A stretch of 60,940 nt of DNA, counting the filler, from Armatimonadota bacterium (GTDB lineage: Bacteria > Armatimonadota > Fimbriimonadia > Fimbriimonadales > Fimbriimonadaceae): assembly GCA_031400935.1 (NCBI GenBank). It is 3 parts of 3 records of this genome, joined end to end, with 100 filler letters (N's around TTAATTAATTAA, not from the genome) between each part and the next. Parts side by side here need not be neighbours in the genome. Positions count along the whole stretch, not along the records: positions 1 to 21,461 come from JANNQV010000059.1; 2 more parts are not named here. One strand, written 5' to 3'. Position numbers and translations under genes: made by a program. Shown in pieces: positions 1 through 9,708 of this stretch (positions within the stretch are counted from its first letter, which is position 1; every line of letters starts with the position of its first letter). The notes below the pieces were generated by a model. That model had not been told where the DNA came from. It saw only the letters and a list, made by a program, of their open reading frames with translations, and made no database searches.

Positions 1-696
1 CATTGCATCTGCCAGAAGCTCTGTTCCTGCTATCCGGTTCATCAAGGTTGATTTCCCTGCTGACGTATAGCCGACAATGGTTGCGAAAGGAAATGGATGC
101 TTTCTACGGCTTGCGCGCTGCTGGTCGCGATGCTTCTTTACGTCCTCGATTTCTTCCTTGAGCTTGCCGATCTTGTCCTTCACCACGCGACGATCCGATT
201 CCAGTTTCGTTTCTCCAGGGCCGCGCATTCCAATACCGCCCTTTTGGCGCTCGAACTTAGTGTAAACCGACATGAGCTTGGGAAGCATGTAGGTGAGTTG
301 TGCCAGCTCGACCTGAAGCATTCCCTCTTTGGTTTTGGCCCGTCGGGCAAAAATGTCGAGGATGAGCTGGGTTCGATCAACGACTCGGCAACCTATGGCT
401 TCTTCCAGATTTCGACCCTGGATTCCGCTTAGCTCACAGTCGAAAATGGCAATATCGGCGCTAGTGTCTTTCGCTAGCGATTCAATTTCGCCAACCTTTC
501 CCTTCCCAACAAAGGTTCCCTTTTTTGGCTTTTCCACTCGTTGGCGAATAGAAGCCTCGATGACAACGCCTGCGGCCTCGCAAAGGCCTTCTAGCTCCGC
601 CTGGGCGTAATCATCATCCTCTGCTTCCTCATTTACAAAAACGAGAATTGCATGCTCTTCCGGCGTCTCCAGGTGCCATTTGGCTTTTGAGCTCAA
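1..696 (-). CDS. hflX: GTPase HflX (3' part runs off the window start)
   Basis: Not in the ORF track. Manual translation from TTG at 696: [21 protein letters not shown]...TFVGKGKV...[12 protein letters not shown]...[21 protein letters not shown], i.e. the HflX N-domain, GPGETKLE motif and G1 P-loop. Confidence 0.93.
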   Translation of the reverse strand, partial: MSSKAKWHLETPEEHAILVFVNEEAEDDDYAQAELEGLCEAAGVVIEASIRQRVEKPKKGTFVGKGKVGEIESLAKDTSADIAIFDCELSGIQGRNLEEAIGCRVVDRTQLILDIFARRAKTKEGMLQVELAQLTYMLPKLMSVYTKFERQKGGIGMRGPGETKLESDRRVVKDKIGKLKEEIEDVKKHRDQQRASRRKHPFPFATIVGYTSAGKSTLMNRIAGTELLADAM

Positions 697-709
697 CGAG
701 TCATGCTCC

Positions 710-1321
710 TTACCATCTTAAGAATGTGTAATTGAGATTGAAGCTATATCCGCTAAAGTCAAAGTCGTCGCTCTTGTTGAACCAATCGTACCGTCCAGTA
801 ATCGAAAACCGATTATTGAGGAGAATTCCTACTTCAAGGTTTACATTCCAGCCAATTTTCCGAGCATCAAATCGGTCGAAACCTTTTCCATTGGATCGGA
901 ACAAAACGTAGTCGTAAAGTGCAGGACCTGCATTGACAGCGACGAACCCTTTGGTTGTTTGGTCCCCGATTCCAAGAACAGCACCAACCGTGACAGGAAA
1001 AATGAAGAGCCGGGCATCGTCACTGTCTGCAAATAGTATGTTTACATCAGTTACGATGTCGAATTTTTTTTCAAATTTTCGATCAACAGGCGAGAATCCA
1101 AATCTTGGAAGGGCGCTGCCAAAAAGATCGCTAATATCGCCATCTACTGGAAAATAAGCACCCAGGTTCATTCCCCATAGTGGCTTTTCTTTCTTCTTTT
1201 CGTCGTTTTGAATTGCCCGGACTTCAATTTTCCAGGGAGAATCAGATGCTGACGTTGAATCAGCGGCAGCAACGAAAACTGGAACACAAATTAAGAACGC
1301 AACTAGAACTCGACTTAGCAT
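710..1321 (-). CDS. Exported hypothetical protein, probable small outer-membrane beta-barrel
   Basis: Signal peptide, alternating beta-strand pattern, aromatic C-terminal strand ([12 protein letters not shown]). Confidence 0.65.
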   Translation of the reverse strand: MLSRVLVAFLICVPVFVAAADSTSASDSPWKIEVRAIQNDEKKKEKPLWGMNLGAYFPVDGDISDLFGSALPRFGFSPVDRKFEKKFDIVTDVNILFADSDDARLFIFPVTVGAVLGIGDQTTKGFVAVNAGPALYDYVLFRSNGKGFDRFDARKIGWNVNLEVGILLNNRFSITGRYDWFNKSDDFDFSGYSFNLNYTFLRW

Positions 1322-1364
1322 TTCGTAAGTTTAGCCCAAAGTCAAGCCTAACAAACGATTACTT

Positions 1365-2114
1365 TTAGCTTTCCTTACCTAAAAGTATTGGATTGTCAGC
1401 AAGAGCAGTCATTGCCTCAATTACGCCATTTACAGCCGATTCGAATAGGCGGCGTCCGAGATCAGGTTCGGCAAATGTTGCAAAACCCATACTTCCCTCT
1501 TCTGTAAATTCATCGAAATGATAAATCATTCCTTGGATTTCTGGTGTTGGTTCGAGCCCATCATCGCGCAATTTGTCCCTTCGCACGAGTTCAGGATGCA
1601 GATGCATCATAAGGCTCACTTCGGCTTCGCAGGAGTGCCTAATTCCTTTGATTGGGCCCTTCATAGAAAGTAGGATTGATGGATCTATGTAATCGAAATA
1701 TCCTGCATGTCCAAATACAGCCGTTGGGTTTTCTGCCTTCAGTTTCCTTGAAATGATTCCGTTCGATTCAGTATTCCCACCATGCCCGTTCAATAGATAA
1801 AATTTTCGAAAACCATGCGGTAAGAGCGAATTTACAATCGCTAGGATTGCCTGTTCGTAACCTTCAAACGAAGCAGAAAGTGAACCTGGAAAAGCCAAGT
1901 GATGCCCCGATGCGCCTAGCCAAACGGTTGGAGTTACGATTATGCGGTTGCTTAGTTTGGCTTCGACCGCTACTGCAACAGCAGTTGCTAGCAAAGAGTC
2001 GGTGAAGAGTGGAAGGTGCGGCCCATGTTGTTCCAGAGACCCCGTAGGGATCAATACAACTTCTTCTCTTGTTAGAGCGTCAACCTCTTTCCACGTCATT
2101 TCGGCGAGTTTCAC
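1365..2114 (-). CDS. Creatininase/creatinine amidohydrolase family protein
   Basis: Motifs GSLEQHGPHLP..TD, G.S.HH..FPGSL, NGHGGN, HSCEAEVS. Confidence 0.9.
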   Translation of the reverse strand: MKLAEMTWKEVDALTREEVVLIPTGSLEQHGPHLPLFTDSLLATAVAVAVEAKLSNRIIVTPTVWLGASGHHLAFPGSLSASFEGYEQAILAIVNSLLPHGFRKFYLLNGHGGNTESNGIISRKLKAENPTAVFGHAGYFDYIDPSILLSMKGPIKGIRHSCEAEVSLMMHLHPELVRRDKLRDDGLEPTPEIQGMIYHFDEFTEEGSMGFATFAEPDLGRRLFESAVNGVIEAMTALADNPILLGKES

Positions 2115-2176
2115 TTCTAAAGTGTAGCCGACGAAGGAAATTGGCAGTACATTCGCATGCCCGCGCAGTCCGAAAG

Positions 2177-2644
2177 CTAATCTAAGTGAAAAACAAATCT
2201 TGCGTTTCCGAGCGCGAATTCCGTCCCATCTGAAAGTTCAACAGATTCAACTCGCTCGAAATCTCCATTCCGCAAAATAAATGTACCGTTTGAAGAACCC
2301 ATATCTTCAATTGACCAAACGCCATCTTCGCACGAAATACGGGCATGCTTGCGAGATACATACACCCCTTCTGGCAAAGGGCCAAGGTCAACATCAACTG
2401 GGCCGACGCCAGGATCAAATCTGCCAATCACGCTCGGAGGATTGAGGTCAAACATGTCCTCGACTTCAATTCCATTGCGTTTGACAACAAGTCGTGCACC
2501 GGAGGTCGCGCTCTCTTCAATTATTGATTCTTCAATAATTGTTCCTTCTTCCTCAATGGCAACTCCGCCTGAATTTGGGGAAACTGAATCGCCATCCTGA
2601 ACTTCTTGTCCGAGGTTGTCATTTACATTTTCATCGTCTGTCAT
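2177..2644 (-). CDS. FHA domain protein with acidic N-terminus
   Basis: IGR..., VSRKHA, DMGSSNGTF FHA motifs. Confidence 0.9.
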   Translation of the reverse strand: MTDDENVNDNLGQEVQDGDSVSPNSGGVAIEEEGTIIEESIIEESATSGARLVVKRNGIEVEDMFDLNPPSVIGRFDPGVGPVDVDLGPLPEGVYVSRKHARISCEDGVWSIEDMGSSNGTFILRNGDFERVESVELSDGTEFALGNARFVFHLD

Positions 2645-2731
2645 GGCTTCTCTATTTTACGCCGAAATGGCGTTTCAGTTGTAAAGTGGACGTTTGAACG
2701 TTGGCGCGTGGTTCTTGCTCGGCATTTACAA

Positions 2732-3370
2732 TTACCAAACTGGCCCTTCTGTGAGCAATCTCTCGACGTATAGAAACGCAACTCCACTCAGTATCTCCAC
2801 GCAAATTCGGCTCAAAACGGCTTTATTTCCAATTGATGTTTGTCCGAGCGGTGTAATAGAATCGTTGTCTAGCGGCCATTCGACCCCTTTCAAAGTCACG
2901 CCGTCACAATGAGCAAGTGGCAGGAGACTTACTCTCCTTCCTGGCTCAGTTTGAATTTCAATTTTTTCTCCAGTAACTAAGAGGAACCCGATACCAGTTC
3001 GTAAAGCAACCTGAACGTGAATCGGGTGCCGTGCAGCACTATGAAGTGTCGCAATCATGTGGTCCAACTGGTCGCCCTCAACGCACGACAAAGTAATTTT
3101 TTCATGACCCAATTCAATTGATTTTGCAAGAAGTTTGTCGCAATCGGTCAAACTTTGATCAGGATCATGGTGAACACTCGATTGTTCAAGCCCTGCCTGA
3201 ATCGAATCGAGATCACCGATGACGTAATTTGGGCGAATTCCGATTTCCAGCAAAATATCGGCACCTGCGTCTGCGGCTAGAATCGTGTCGGCTTCAGCTA
3301 CCCAATGTTGGAGCTGGCTTGTAGGCATGTCACGCCCAGCCAAAACTCCGAGCACTTTAGCAAAACTCAA
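2732..3370 (-). CDS. thiN: Thiamine pyrophosphokinase
   Basis: AADAGA, IGDLDS, DQSLTD, DH motifs; VTLKGVEWPL C-domain. Confidence 0.9.
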   Translation of the reverse strand: MSFAKVLGVLAGRDMPTSQLQHWVAEADTILAADAGADILLEIGIRPNYVIGDLDSIQAGLEQSSVHHDPDQSLTDCDKLLAKSIELGHEKITLSCVEGDQLDHMIATLHSAARHPIHVQVALRTGIGFLLVTGEKIEIQTEPGRRVSLLPLAHCDGVTLKGVEWPLDNDSITPLGQTSIGNKAVLSRICVEILSGVAFLYVERLLTEGPVW

Positions 3371-3465
3371 ACTAATTGCACCATTTGCATAAAGTTATTT
3401 TCCCATTTGTCAAGTGCCTAAATCACGAAAATTGATGAATTGAACTTAAATTGCTTCAGAAAAAG

Positions 3466-3483
3466 TTATCCACATTTTCCACG
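3466..3483 (+). promoter_or_regulatory. Tandem DnaA boxes upstream of dnaA
   Basis: Perfect TTATCCACA (3466-3474) directly followed by TTTTCCACG (3475-3483); a further 1-mismatch box TTATGCAAA on the - strand at 3384-3392. Confidence 0.75.
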
Positions 3484-3537
3484 GGAAAACTGATTTTCAG
3501 AAAGTTCGCAATAAGGCTGTTCAAAGGGTCTCCGGGC

Positions 3538-3546
3538 TGTTATAAT
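3538..3546 (+). promoter_or_regulatory. Extended -10 promoter element for dnaA
   Basis: TGTTATAAT (TGn-TATAAT) about 60 nt before the dnaA ATG. Confidence 0.6.
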
Positions 3547-3603
3547 CGTATTCCCGATCCCGGCAATGCTGACGGGTAAGGAAATCATTCTTGAGTTTTT
3601 TTA

Positions 3604-4977
3604 ATGGATCAGCCAACTTTTTTCGACTCCGACAACTTAATCCGACTGCGCGGTGCATGGGAACAAGTTCAACGCCGTTTGCAAACAGAAATCAAGCCAG
3701 CATATTTTGACCGGTTTGTCCGTCCACTTCAGCCTATCCAATTTGAAGACGGAGTCGTTACTCTTGCGGTTCCCGGCAAATTCATTCTCGAATGGGTGAA
3801 AGACCGATATATTGATACCCTTCGGGACCTGTTTACCGACGAACTTGGCGAAGAGATTGCAATTCGATTGCAGCCAGAGGCGAGAGAGCGCGCTCCAATT
3901 GATAGTCCAATACCAACGGGCGTTTCTGTCACCGTACAAGACGAGACCAAATTTCGGCCCAACGATCGCTTCCATTTTGATACTTTTGTGGTTGGCCAAT
4001 CTAACCGTTTGGCGTTTGCTGGAGCAAAGGCCGTTGCAACGGAACCAGGTTGCAAATTCAATCCGCTCTTCATATATGGCCCATCTGGGCTTGGCAAGAC
4101 CCACTTGCTTCATGCGATAGCCCGTGAGATATTGCAAGAAGACCCACGATTTCCCCTTGTCTATGTCTCTGCCCAACAATTTGCTGAGCAATTTGTAAAT
4201 GCCCTGCAAAACAATCGGATTGACCAATTTAGAAGGGCACAGCGCAATGTCGGAATTTGGCTTTTGGATGACGTTCAGTTCATTGCAGGCAAGGAAAAAA
4301 CCCAAGAAGAGATTTTCCATACATTTAACTACTTGCACTCGCTCGGTAAGCAAATCGTAGTGACCTCCGACAGGCCACCTAGAGACCTTTTTCTGATGGA
4401 AGAGCGGCTTCGTTCCAGATTCGAGGCTGGTCTTGTAGCCGACATCCAGCAACCTGATACAGAAACCCGTTGCGCCATCATCCAGAGTAAAGCTGACCAA
4501 GATCGAATTGATATTTCGCACGAAGTTGCTATGGTCCTTGCCGAAGGAGTTCCTGGAAATATTCGAATTTTAGAAGGTGCCTTGACAAAGCTCGCAGTTC
4601 AAGCCAGTATCGAAGATCGTGAGGTTTCCGTCGAATTTGCACAGCTACTTGTCGAACAGCATTATCGAAATCGTTTACATTCCAAACCCTCGTTTCCTCA
4701 GATTGTGGAAGCCGTCGGTAAGACGTTCAACATCGGCTTAGATGAAATCAAGGGGGCTTCGCGAAAGGCTCCAATCGTTCATGCGCGGCATATTGCTGTT
4801 TTCATCACCCGAGAAATCACGGGCGATAGTTGGAAGCACATCGGTTCACTATTTGGAGATCGAGACCACACATCAATGATGCACGGATATCAGAAGATTA
4901 GCGAAATGATGGTTCGAGATCGAGAGCTTCGCTCTGTGGTGAAGCATTTGTTGCGAACTTTGCATCCAGATGCCTAG
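3604..4977 (+). CDS. dnaA: Chromosomal replication initiator DnaA
   Basis: NPLFIYGPSGLGKTHL Walker A, LLDDVQF, RLRSRF, domain IV RDHTSMMHG. Confidence 0.99.
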   Translation: MDQPTFFDSDNLIRLRGAWEQVQRRLQTEIKPAYFDRFVRPLQPIQFEDGVVTLAVPGKFILEWVKDRYIDTLRDLFTDELGEEIAIRLQPEARERAPIDSPIPTGVSVTVQDETKFRPNDRFHFDTFVVGQSNRLAFAGAKAVATEPGCKFNPLFIYGPSGLGKTHLLHAIAREILQEDPRFPLVYVSAQQFAEQFVNALQNNRIDQFRRAQRNVGIWLLDDVQFIAGKEKTQEEIFHTFNYLHSLGKQIVVTSDRPPRDLFLMEERLRSRFEAGLVADIQQPDTETRCAIIQSKADQDRIDISHEVAMVLAEGVPGNIRILEGALTKLAVQASIEDREVSVEFAQLLVEQHYRNRLHSKPSFPQIVEAVGKTFNIGLDEIKGASRKAPIVHARHIAVFITREITGDSWKHIGSLFGDRDHTSMMHGYQKISEMMVRDRELRSVVKHLLRTLHPDA

Positions 4978-4983
4978 ACCATT

Positions 4984-5130
4984 GTCGTTGGTTGTTTTTT
5001 TTAGTTGTTGGTTATTGGTTGTATTTTCCACTTGTCTCATCTGTCCTACAAGTTCCATAAGTCATATTTGTCCTATTGAACCTCTCCTGGGAAACACCAA
5101 AGCCGAACAACCCCTAACCAATTCGAACAC
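4984..5130. repeat. Degenerate heptamer tandem repeats (GTTGGTT-type left arm, loosely complementary CA-rich right arm) between convergent genes
   Basis: gttggtt/gttggtt/attggtt at about 4987-5020; ccaaagccgaacaacccctaaccaattcgaacac at about 5097-5130. Confidence 0.45.
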
Positions 5131-5137
5131 TTAGAAA

Positions 5138-6472
5138 CTAGTCCGTCAATTCTTGCCCTTTCGTTTCCTTCACGAGCGGCAAGAGCAACAGCCCTAATAG
5201 CGGGATAAACCCCACGGCAAACAGCACTGGCAATGCCGCAGCGAATGCATCTTTCCCCTTGGAAGCAATCGAACCCACCAAGAACGGACCAAGTGCAGCT
5301 GCAAACCGCCCGGCGTTATAGCAAAATCCGGCTCCAGTTCCCCTTAGCCGAGTTGGATACAACTCGGGCAGATAGTAAGTGAAGCTGCCGAAGACCCCAA
5401 ATACCGTAAGTCCGATGAAGAAATACATCATGAGCCGAGTTTCTTCCGGCCAAGCGATCCCAAAAGTCGCCATGATCGCTGCAGCGGCACCCGTAAAGTA
5501 GATGCCGAACATCAGTCGGCGTCCAAGATACTTGGCGATTGGAACGGTTAGCAGGGTTCCAATCAAGCCGCCTAGGTTGAAGTAGTTGGCGGCCCTTGCC
5601 TTCCAATTCTCTGCTAGCTGAGTTGCGGCTTCTTTGCCATAGCCCAAGGCGGTCGCCTTTGCACCAGCCAGTCCGGCGGCAATCGTTGGAATAAACGCAT
5701 TGCAGCTCCACCACATGAGCAGGGCGACAATCGCCATGCCGAGTCCGCCGAAGGTAACTTTTCGCAAATCTCCCTGAAAGATTTCCGAAAGCCTAGGAGG
5801 GTTCGGCTCGGCTACGGCGTTCTTCCATCGTTCCGGCTCCTTGATGAACATTCGAATGACAAATGCAACGCCTGCGGGAATCAGACCGCACAGAAAAACG
5901 TACCGCCACGCCACTTCGGGCGCACCTGCAAATAGATCGCCCTGAATATATTTAGTGACATAAGTTGCCAAAAAGAGCCCCAGTGGAGCGCTCGTGTACA
6001 GCAACGCTCCAGCTTCCAACCTTCGCTTTTCAGGGACTACTTCAGCAACCATTGCGGCACCCGCCGCCCATTCGCCGCCGATTCCCAATGAAGCCACAAT
6101 TCTGAAGATCATGAGCACCCAGATGTTAGGTGCAAAGGCACATGCTGCAGTTCCGACTGCGTACAATACCATTGTAAGCAAAAGTGTCCGTGTGCGGCCA
6201 ATTTTGTCGCAAACCCTTCCGAAGACGATTCCCCCAATGCCCCACCCAATAAGGAGGATTGAAGTTAGAATTCCAGTCCATTGCAACGTGGCAGATTTTG
6301 CTTCTGGAGTGCCAATTGTCAGCCCAAGTAGTGTAGGAACGCAGTTCGGAGCGACAAAATTGAAGAGCAGGCCGTCAAATACATCAAACCCCCAGCCGAG
6401 CCAAGCGGCAAACAGAACGGTCCACTGGTAGCCGTTCATGTCGAGTAATAGTCTTCTCTTTTGAACCTGCAT
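5138..6472 (-). CDS. MFS transporter
   Basis: About 12 hydrophobic segments, GRVCDKIGRT motif A, GIGGEWAAG, PELYPTRLRGTG. Confidence 0.95.
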   Translation of the reverse strand: MQVQKRRLLLDMNGYQWTVLFAAWLGWGFDVFDGLLFNFVAPNCVPTLLGLTIGTPEAKSATLQWTGILTSILLIGWGIGGIVFGRVCDKIGRTRTLLLTMVLYAVGTAACAFAPNIWVLMIFRIVASLGIGGEWAAGAAMVAEVVPEKRRLEAGALLYTSAPLGLFLATYVTKYIQGDLFAGAPEVAWRYVFLCGLIPAGVAFVIRMFIKEPERWKNAVAEPNPPRLSEIFQGDLRKVTFGGLGMAIVALLMWWSCNAFIPTIAAGLAGAKATALGYGKEAATQLAENWKARAANYFNLGGLIGTLLTVPIAKYLGRRLMFGIYFTGAAAAIMATFGIAWPEETRLMMYFFIGLTVFGVFGSFTYYLPELYPTRLRGTGAGFCYNAGRFAAALGPFLVGSIASKGKDAFAAALPVLFAVGFIPLLGLLLLPLVKETKGQELTD

Positions 6473-6564
6473 AGTTGCCTTGTTGTGAAATGGACGGAAT
6501 TGAAATGGAAGAAGATTTTCCCACTTGTATTTGTGTGTGACGCAGCAACGGCTTCAGTGCTGAC

Positions 6565-7287
6565 TTAGAGTCCGGTTGGCTTGAAGATTGGAAGAAATCT
6601 GTCTTTGATGCCATTCCAAATTGCCATCGCAATACATTCCATTTTCTTACGGTTTTCAGTACGAATCATGATTGCCTTTGCCGATGGATCACCAGATAGC
6701 TCATCGGGATTCGCAGTTCCAAAATAGGGCCCATTGAACGAACTCTTGAGATTTGAAAATATAGAAATTCGCTTTTGTGCGACGTCAAACCATTCCAATG
6801 CAAATGTCACTTTGGTTTCGCTGGCAGGCTTGCCAAGATTGTTCAGGATGGAACTCGAAGAGGCATTTTTTTGGGAAACATCAATAAGTGTCATGAAGAG
6901 CAAGTGCTTTGTGCCTGCAAGTTGTCCGAGCTTCTCCCACATCGCTTGAGTTCGCTCTTTTGGCTTGAAATAGCTAACTTCTTGGTTTGCAAATCGTTCG
7001 TTTGCATGTACGGTGGAATAATAACTATGTTCCTCTTTGTCGAAGCCTCGCAACAGGAAGCCATCAAGCGTTTGAACCAGATTCTCAGTTGATTCTGGAG
7101 CCGTCCACGTTGCAAATTTCAGCTTATTCGGCACGGAAATGCCAACCATTATCAGCTCAGAAGCTAATGCTATGTGACAAACGACAAGGAGAACAAGCCC
7201 TGTTAAAATTCGACTTGGGCAAATCCGAACGAATCCGAACCAACCCGTACAAATCCTTGCAAAGAACTTAATAATGCCAGTCGACAT
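6565..7287 (-). CDS. Hypothetical exported protein downstream of gyrB
   Basis: Long ORF with a hydrophobic signal-like segment (ILTGLVLLVVCHIALA). Start uncertain: ATG 7287 overlapping the gyrB end was chosen over 7344. Confidence 0.55.
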   Translation of the reverse strand: MSTGIIKFFARICTGWFGFVRICPSRILTGLVLLVVCHIALASELIMVGISVPNKLKFATWTAPESTENLVQTLDGFLLRGFDKEEHSYYSTVHANERFANQEVSYFKPKERTQAMWEKLGQLAGTKHLLFMTLIDVSQKNASSSSILNNLGKPASETKVTFALEWFDVAQKRISIFSNLKSSFNGPYFGTANPDELSGDPSAKAIMIRTENRKKMECIAMAIWNGIKDRFLPIFKPTGL

Positions 7288-9406
7288 TAAGGGCTTGTTT
7301 AGCGTGCTTTTCAATGAATTCACGGCGTGGCTCCACCTTATCACCCATTAGACGGCTAAACATCATTTCAATTTCCATTTCGAATTCTGGATTGAGAATG
7401 ATTTGAAGCATCCTTCGATTTTCTTGGTTCATCGTGGTTTCCTCAAGCTCATCAGCGTTCATTTCGCCCAAACCTTTGAATCGAGTGACCGGCGGATCTT
7501 TTCGCTTTTTCTTTCGAATCTCGGCGCAAACAGCGTCTCGTTCTGCTTCGGATTGGCAATAGTGCCGCGTCGTGTTTCCGTCCCGAACTACAAACAGAGG
7601 CGGTTGTGCTAAATAGATATGCCCTGCCGCCATCAGTGGCTTCATGTACCTGTAGAAGAAGGTCAACAGCAGGGTTCGAATGTGCTCGCCGTCCACGTCG
7701 GCATCGGTCATGATGACGACCTTGTGATAACGAAGCTTTGATAAATCGAAGTGAATTTCTCGTTCGCCCTTTTTCTCCTTAACCAAAAGTTCTGGGTCGT
7801 CTTCGCCGAGATTCCCTCTTCCCAGGGTCATGTCAATTCCGACTCCGAGGGCGGCAATGAGCGACTTAATTTCTTCATTGTCAAGTGCTTTGTCAATTCG
7901 AGCTCGTTCTACGTTCAAAATCTTTCCGCGAAGGGGAAGTACGGCTTGCGTGTTTCTGTCTCGCGCAGACTTTGCCGAGCCACCCGCTGAATCGCCTTCT
8001 ACAAGGAAGATTTCACACTTCTGGGCATCTTTGCTGATGCAGTCCGAAAGTTTCCCGGGCAAGCCAAAGCTGTCCATCGCGTTAGACCGCCGAACAGCTT
8101 CTACTGCCTTTCGGGCTGCTTCTCTGGCGTCTCTTGCGATCCGAGCCTTTTCGACGATTCGTTTCGCGATGGCAGGATGTTCTTCAAGGTAAGTCATCAA
8201 CCCGTCGCCAACAAGCGAGTTGGTCAGTCCTTGCACTTCAGGAGTCACGAGCTTAACCTTGTCCTGCGAGTTATAGCTTGGGTTTGGAAGCCTTAGCGAA
8301 ATGACTGCCGTCAATCCATCAGAGACGTCATCCGAAGAAAAGTTGTTGTCTTTTTCTTTCAGGAAGTTCATCTTTCTTGCATAGGCATTGATGACCCGGG
8401 TAAGAGCCGTATTGAATCCAGAAACGTGCGTTCCACCATCCGGCTGGTGGATATTGTTGGAAAACGCGAGCATCGTCAGGTTGTAGCCGTCGTGGTATTG
8501 AAGCGCCACTTCGATTTCGGTCTGTTCCTTCGCCTTTCGGAAGTAAATGACTGTGTGCATTCCTTCCTTGCCTTCGTTCACATGCTCAACAAGTTGAGGT
8601 ATTCCCCTCGAATAATGAAAATCCTCGGTTTGCTCTGGATGAATTTCGTCCACATATTCAAAGGTGACTTGCGCGTTCAAATAGGCAAGCTCCTTCATTC
8701 TCGATTTGAGAAAATGTGGATCGTGAGTGATTTCGTTTAGAACGGTCGCATCCGGCATCCAGTGCTGTTTAGTGCCATGCTCGTCAGGTTTGGCTTTTCC
8801 AACGACTTCAACTTCGGACTGCGGAATGCCCTTGGCGTATTTCTGTTGATAAACTTTGCCACCACGGCGGACAGTTGTCGTCATCCATTCTGAAAGCGCG
8901 TTTGTACATGAAACGCCTACTCCATGGAGTCCGCCTGAAGTCTTGTATCCGCTATCGTCGCCGCCGAATTTTCCTCCGGCGTGTAGCACGGTCATAACGA
9001 CTTGAAGGGCGCTAACGCCCATCTTTTTGTGCATGTCAACCGGGATTCCTCGGCCGTTGTCTTCGGTTGAGATCGAGCCATCCGCATAAAGCCGAACTTT
9101 GATTGAATCGCAATGCCCGGCTAAGGCTTCGTCAACCGAGTTGTCGAGAACTTCTCGAAACATCTGGTGAAGTCCCTTTTTGCCGTTGTCGCCAACGTAC
9201 ATTCCAGGGCGTTTCCGAACGGCTTCGAGGCCTTCTAGAACCTGAATCTGGTCTGCTGTATAGTCGCCAGTTACTTTCGATGAGATGAGCTCATCAATTT
9301 GGTGCATCTGTTCGTCTTCGTCATCCGCAGGAACTACCGTTTCGGATGCTTCTGCGTCCAGAATCGGCTCGTCATTTGGCTCAATTGGTTCGTTATTGTC
9401 AGGCAT
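7268..9406 (-). CDS. gyrB: DNA gyrase subunit B (type II topoisomerase B subunit)
   Basis: LEGLEAVRKRPGMY, SGGLHGVG, VEGDSAGGSAK, PLRGKILN, MTDADVDG, RFKGLGEM; acidic N-terminal extension; start ATG 9406 or TTG 9442. Confidence 0.95.
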   Translation of the reverse strand: MPDNNEPIEPNDEPILDAEASETVVPADDEDEQMHQIDELISSKVTGDYTADQIQVLEGLEAVRKRPGMYVGDNGKKGLHQMFREVLDNSVDEALAGHCDSIKVRLYADGSISTEDNGRGIPVDMHKKMGVSALQVVMTVLHAGGKFGGDDSGYKTSGGLHGVGVSCTNALSEWMTTTVRRGGKVYQQKYAKGIPQSEVEVVGKAKPDEHGTKQHWMPDATVLNEITHDPHFLKSRMKELAYLNAQVTFEYVDEIHPEQTEDFHYSRGIPQLVEHVNEGKEGMHTVIYFRKAKEQTEIEVALQYHDGYNLTMLAFSNNIHQPDGGTHVSGFNTALTRVINAYARKMNFLKEKDNNFSSDDVSDGLTAVISLRLPNPSYNSQDKVKLVTPEVQGLTNSLVGDGLMTYLEEHPAIAKRIVEKARIARDAREAARKAVEAVRRSNAMDSFGLPGKLSDCISKDAQKCEIFLVEGDSAGGSAKSARDRNTQAVLPLRGKILNVERARIDKALDNEEIKSLIAALGVGIDMTLGRGNLGEDDPELLVKEKKGEREIHFDLSKLRYHKVVIMTDADVDGEHIRTLLLTFFYRYMKPLMAAGHIYLAQPPLFVVRDGNTTRHYCQSEAERDAVCAEIRKKKRKDPPVTRFKGLGEMNADELEETTMNQENRRMLQIILNPEFEMEIEMMFSRLMGDKVEPRREFIEKHAKQALNVDWHY

Positions 9407-9531
9407 ATAGTGGTGCTCGTGGAAAGGACGTTTTTGGGTCAACCTTCGCGTCTGCTTTTAGGTTCAAATTGTACCTGTTTTTGAGTGTGGATTGGGTGGA
9501 TTTTGAAACGGGCATGGCCTTGGGATGCGTA

Positions 9532-9678
9532 GATTCAGGGATGCGGGGATAGTCAGGGTTTGAGAGTGGGGTGACTTGTTCCCCTCTCCTTGGAGCGCAG
9601 CGAGAGGGGGCAGGGAGTGAGGGTTTTCCGTACATTCAGCGTCCTGGCGTTCCTGCATCCCCGCATCCCCATCCTCCC
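9532..9678. repeat. Intergenic repeat cluster: GGGATGCG octamer arms in inverted orientation around a CCCCTCTCC...GAGAGGGGG hairpin
   Basis: gggatgcggggat (9538-9550) versus gcatccccgcatcccc (9655-9670); cccctctccttggagcgcagcgagagggggcagggagtgaggg at 9581-9623. Confidence 0.55.
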
Positions 9679-9708
9679 GTCTGCGATCTCCCATAATCTC
9701 TAAAGCAA

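Noticed and set aside
3637..4521. 294-aa ORF antisense to dnaA, and similar shadow ORFs such as 39083-39658 and 39906-40475
   Set aside because: They overlap well-supported genes on the opposite strand and have no recognisable motifs.
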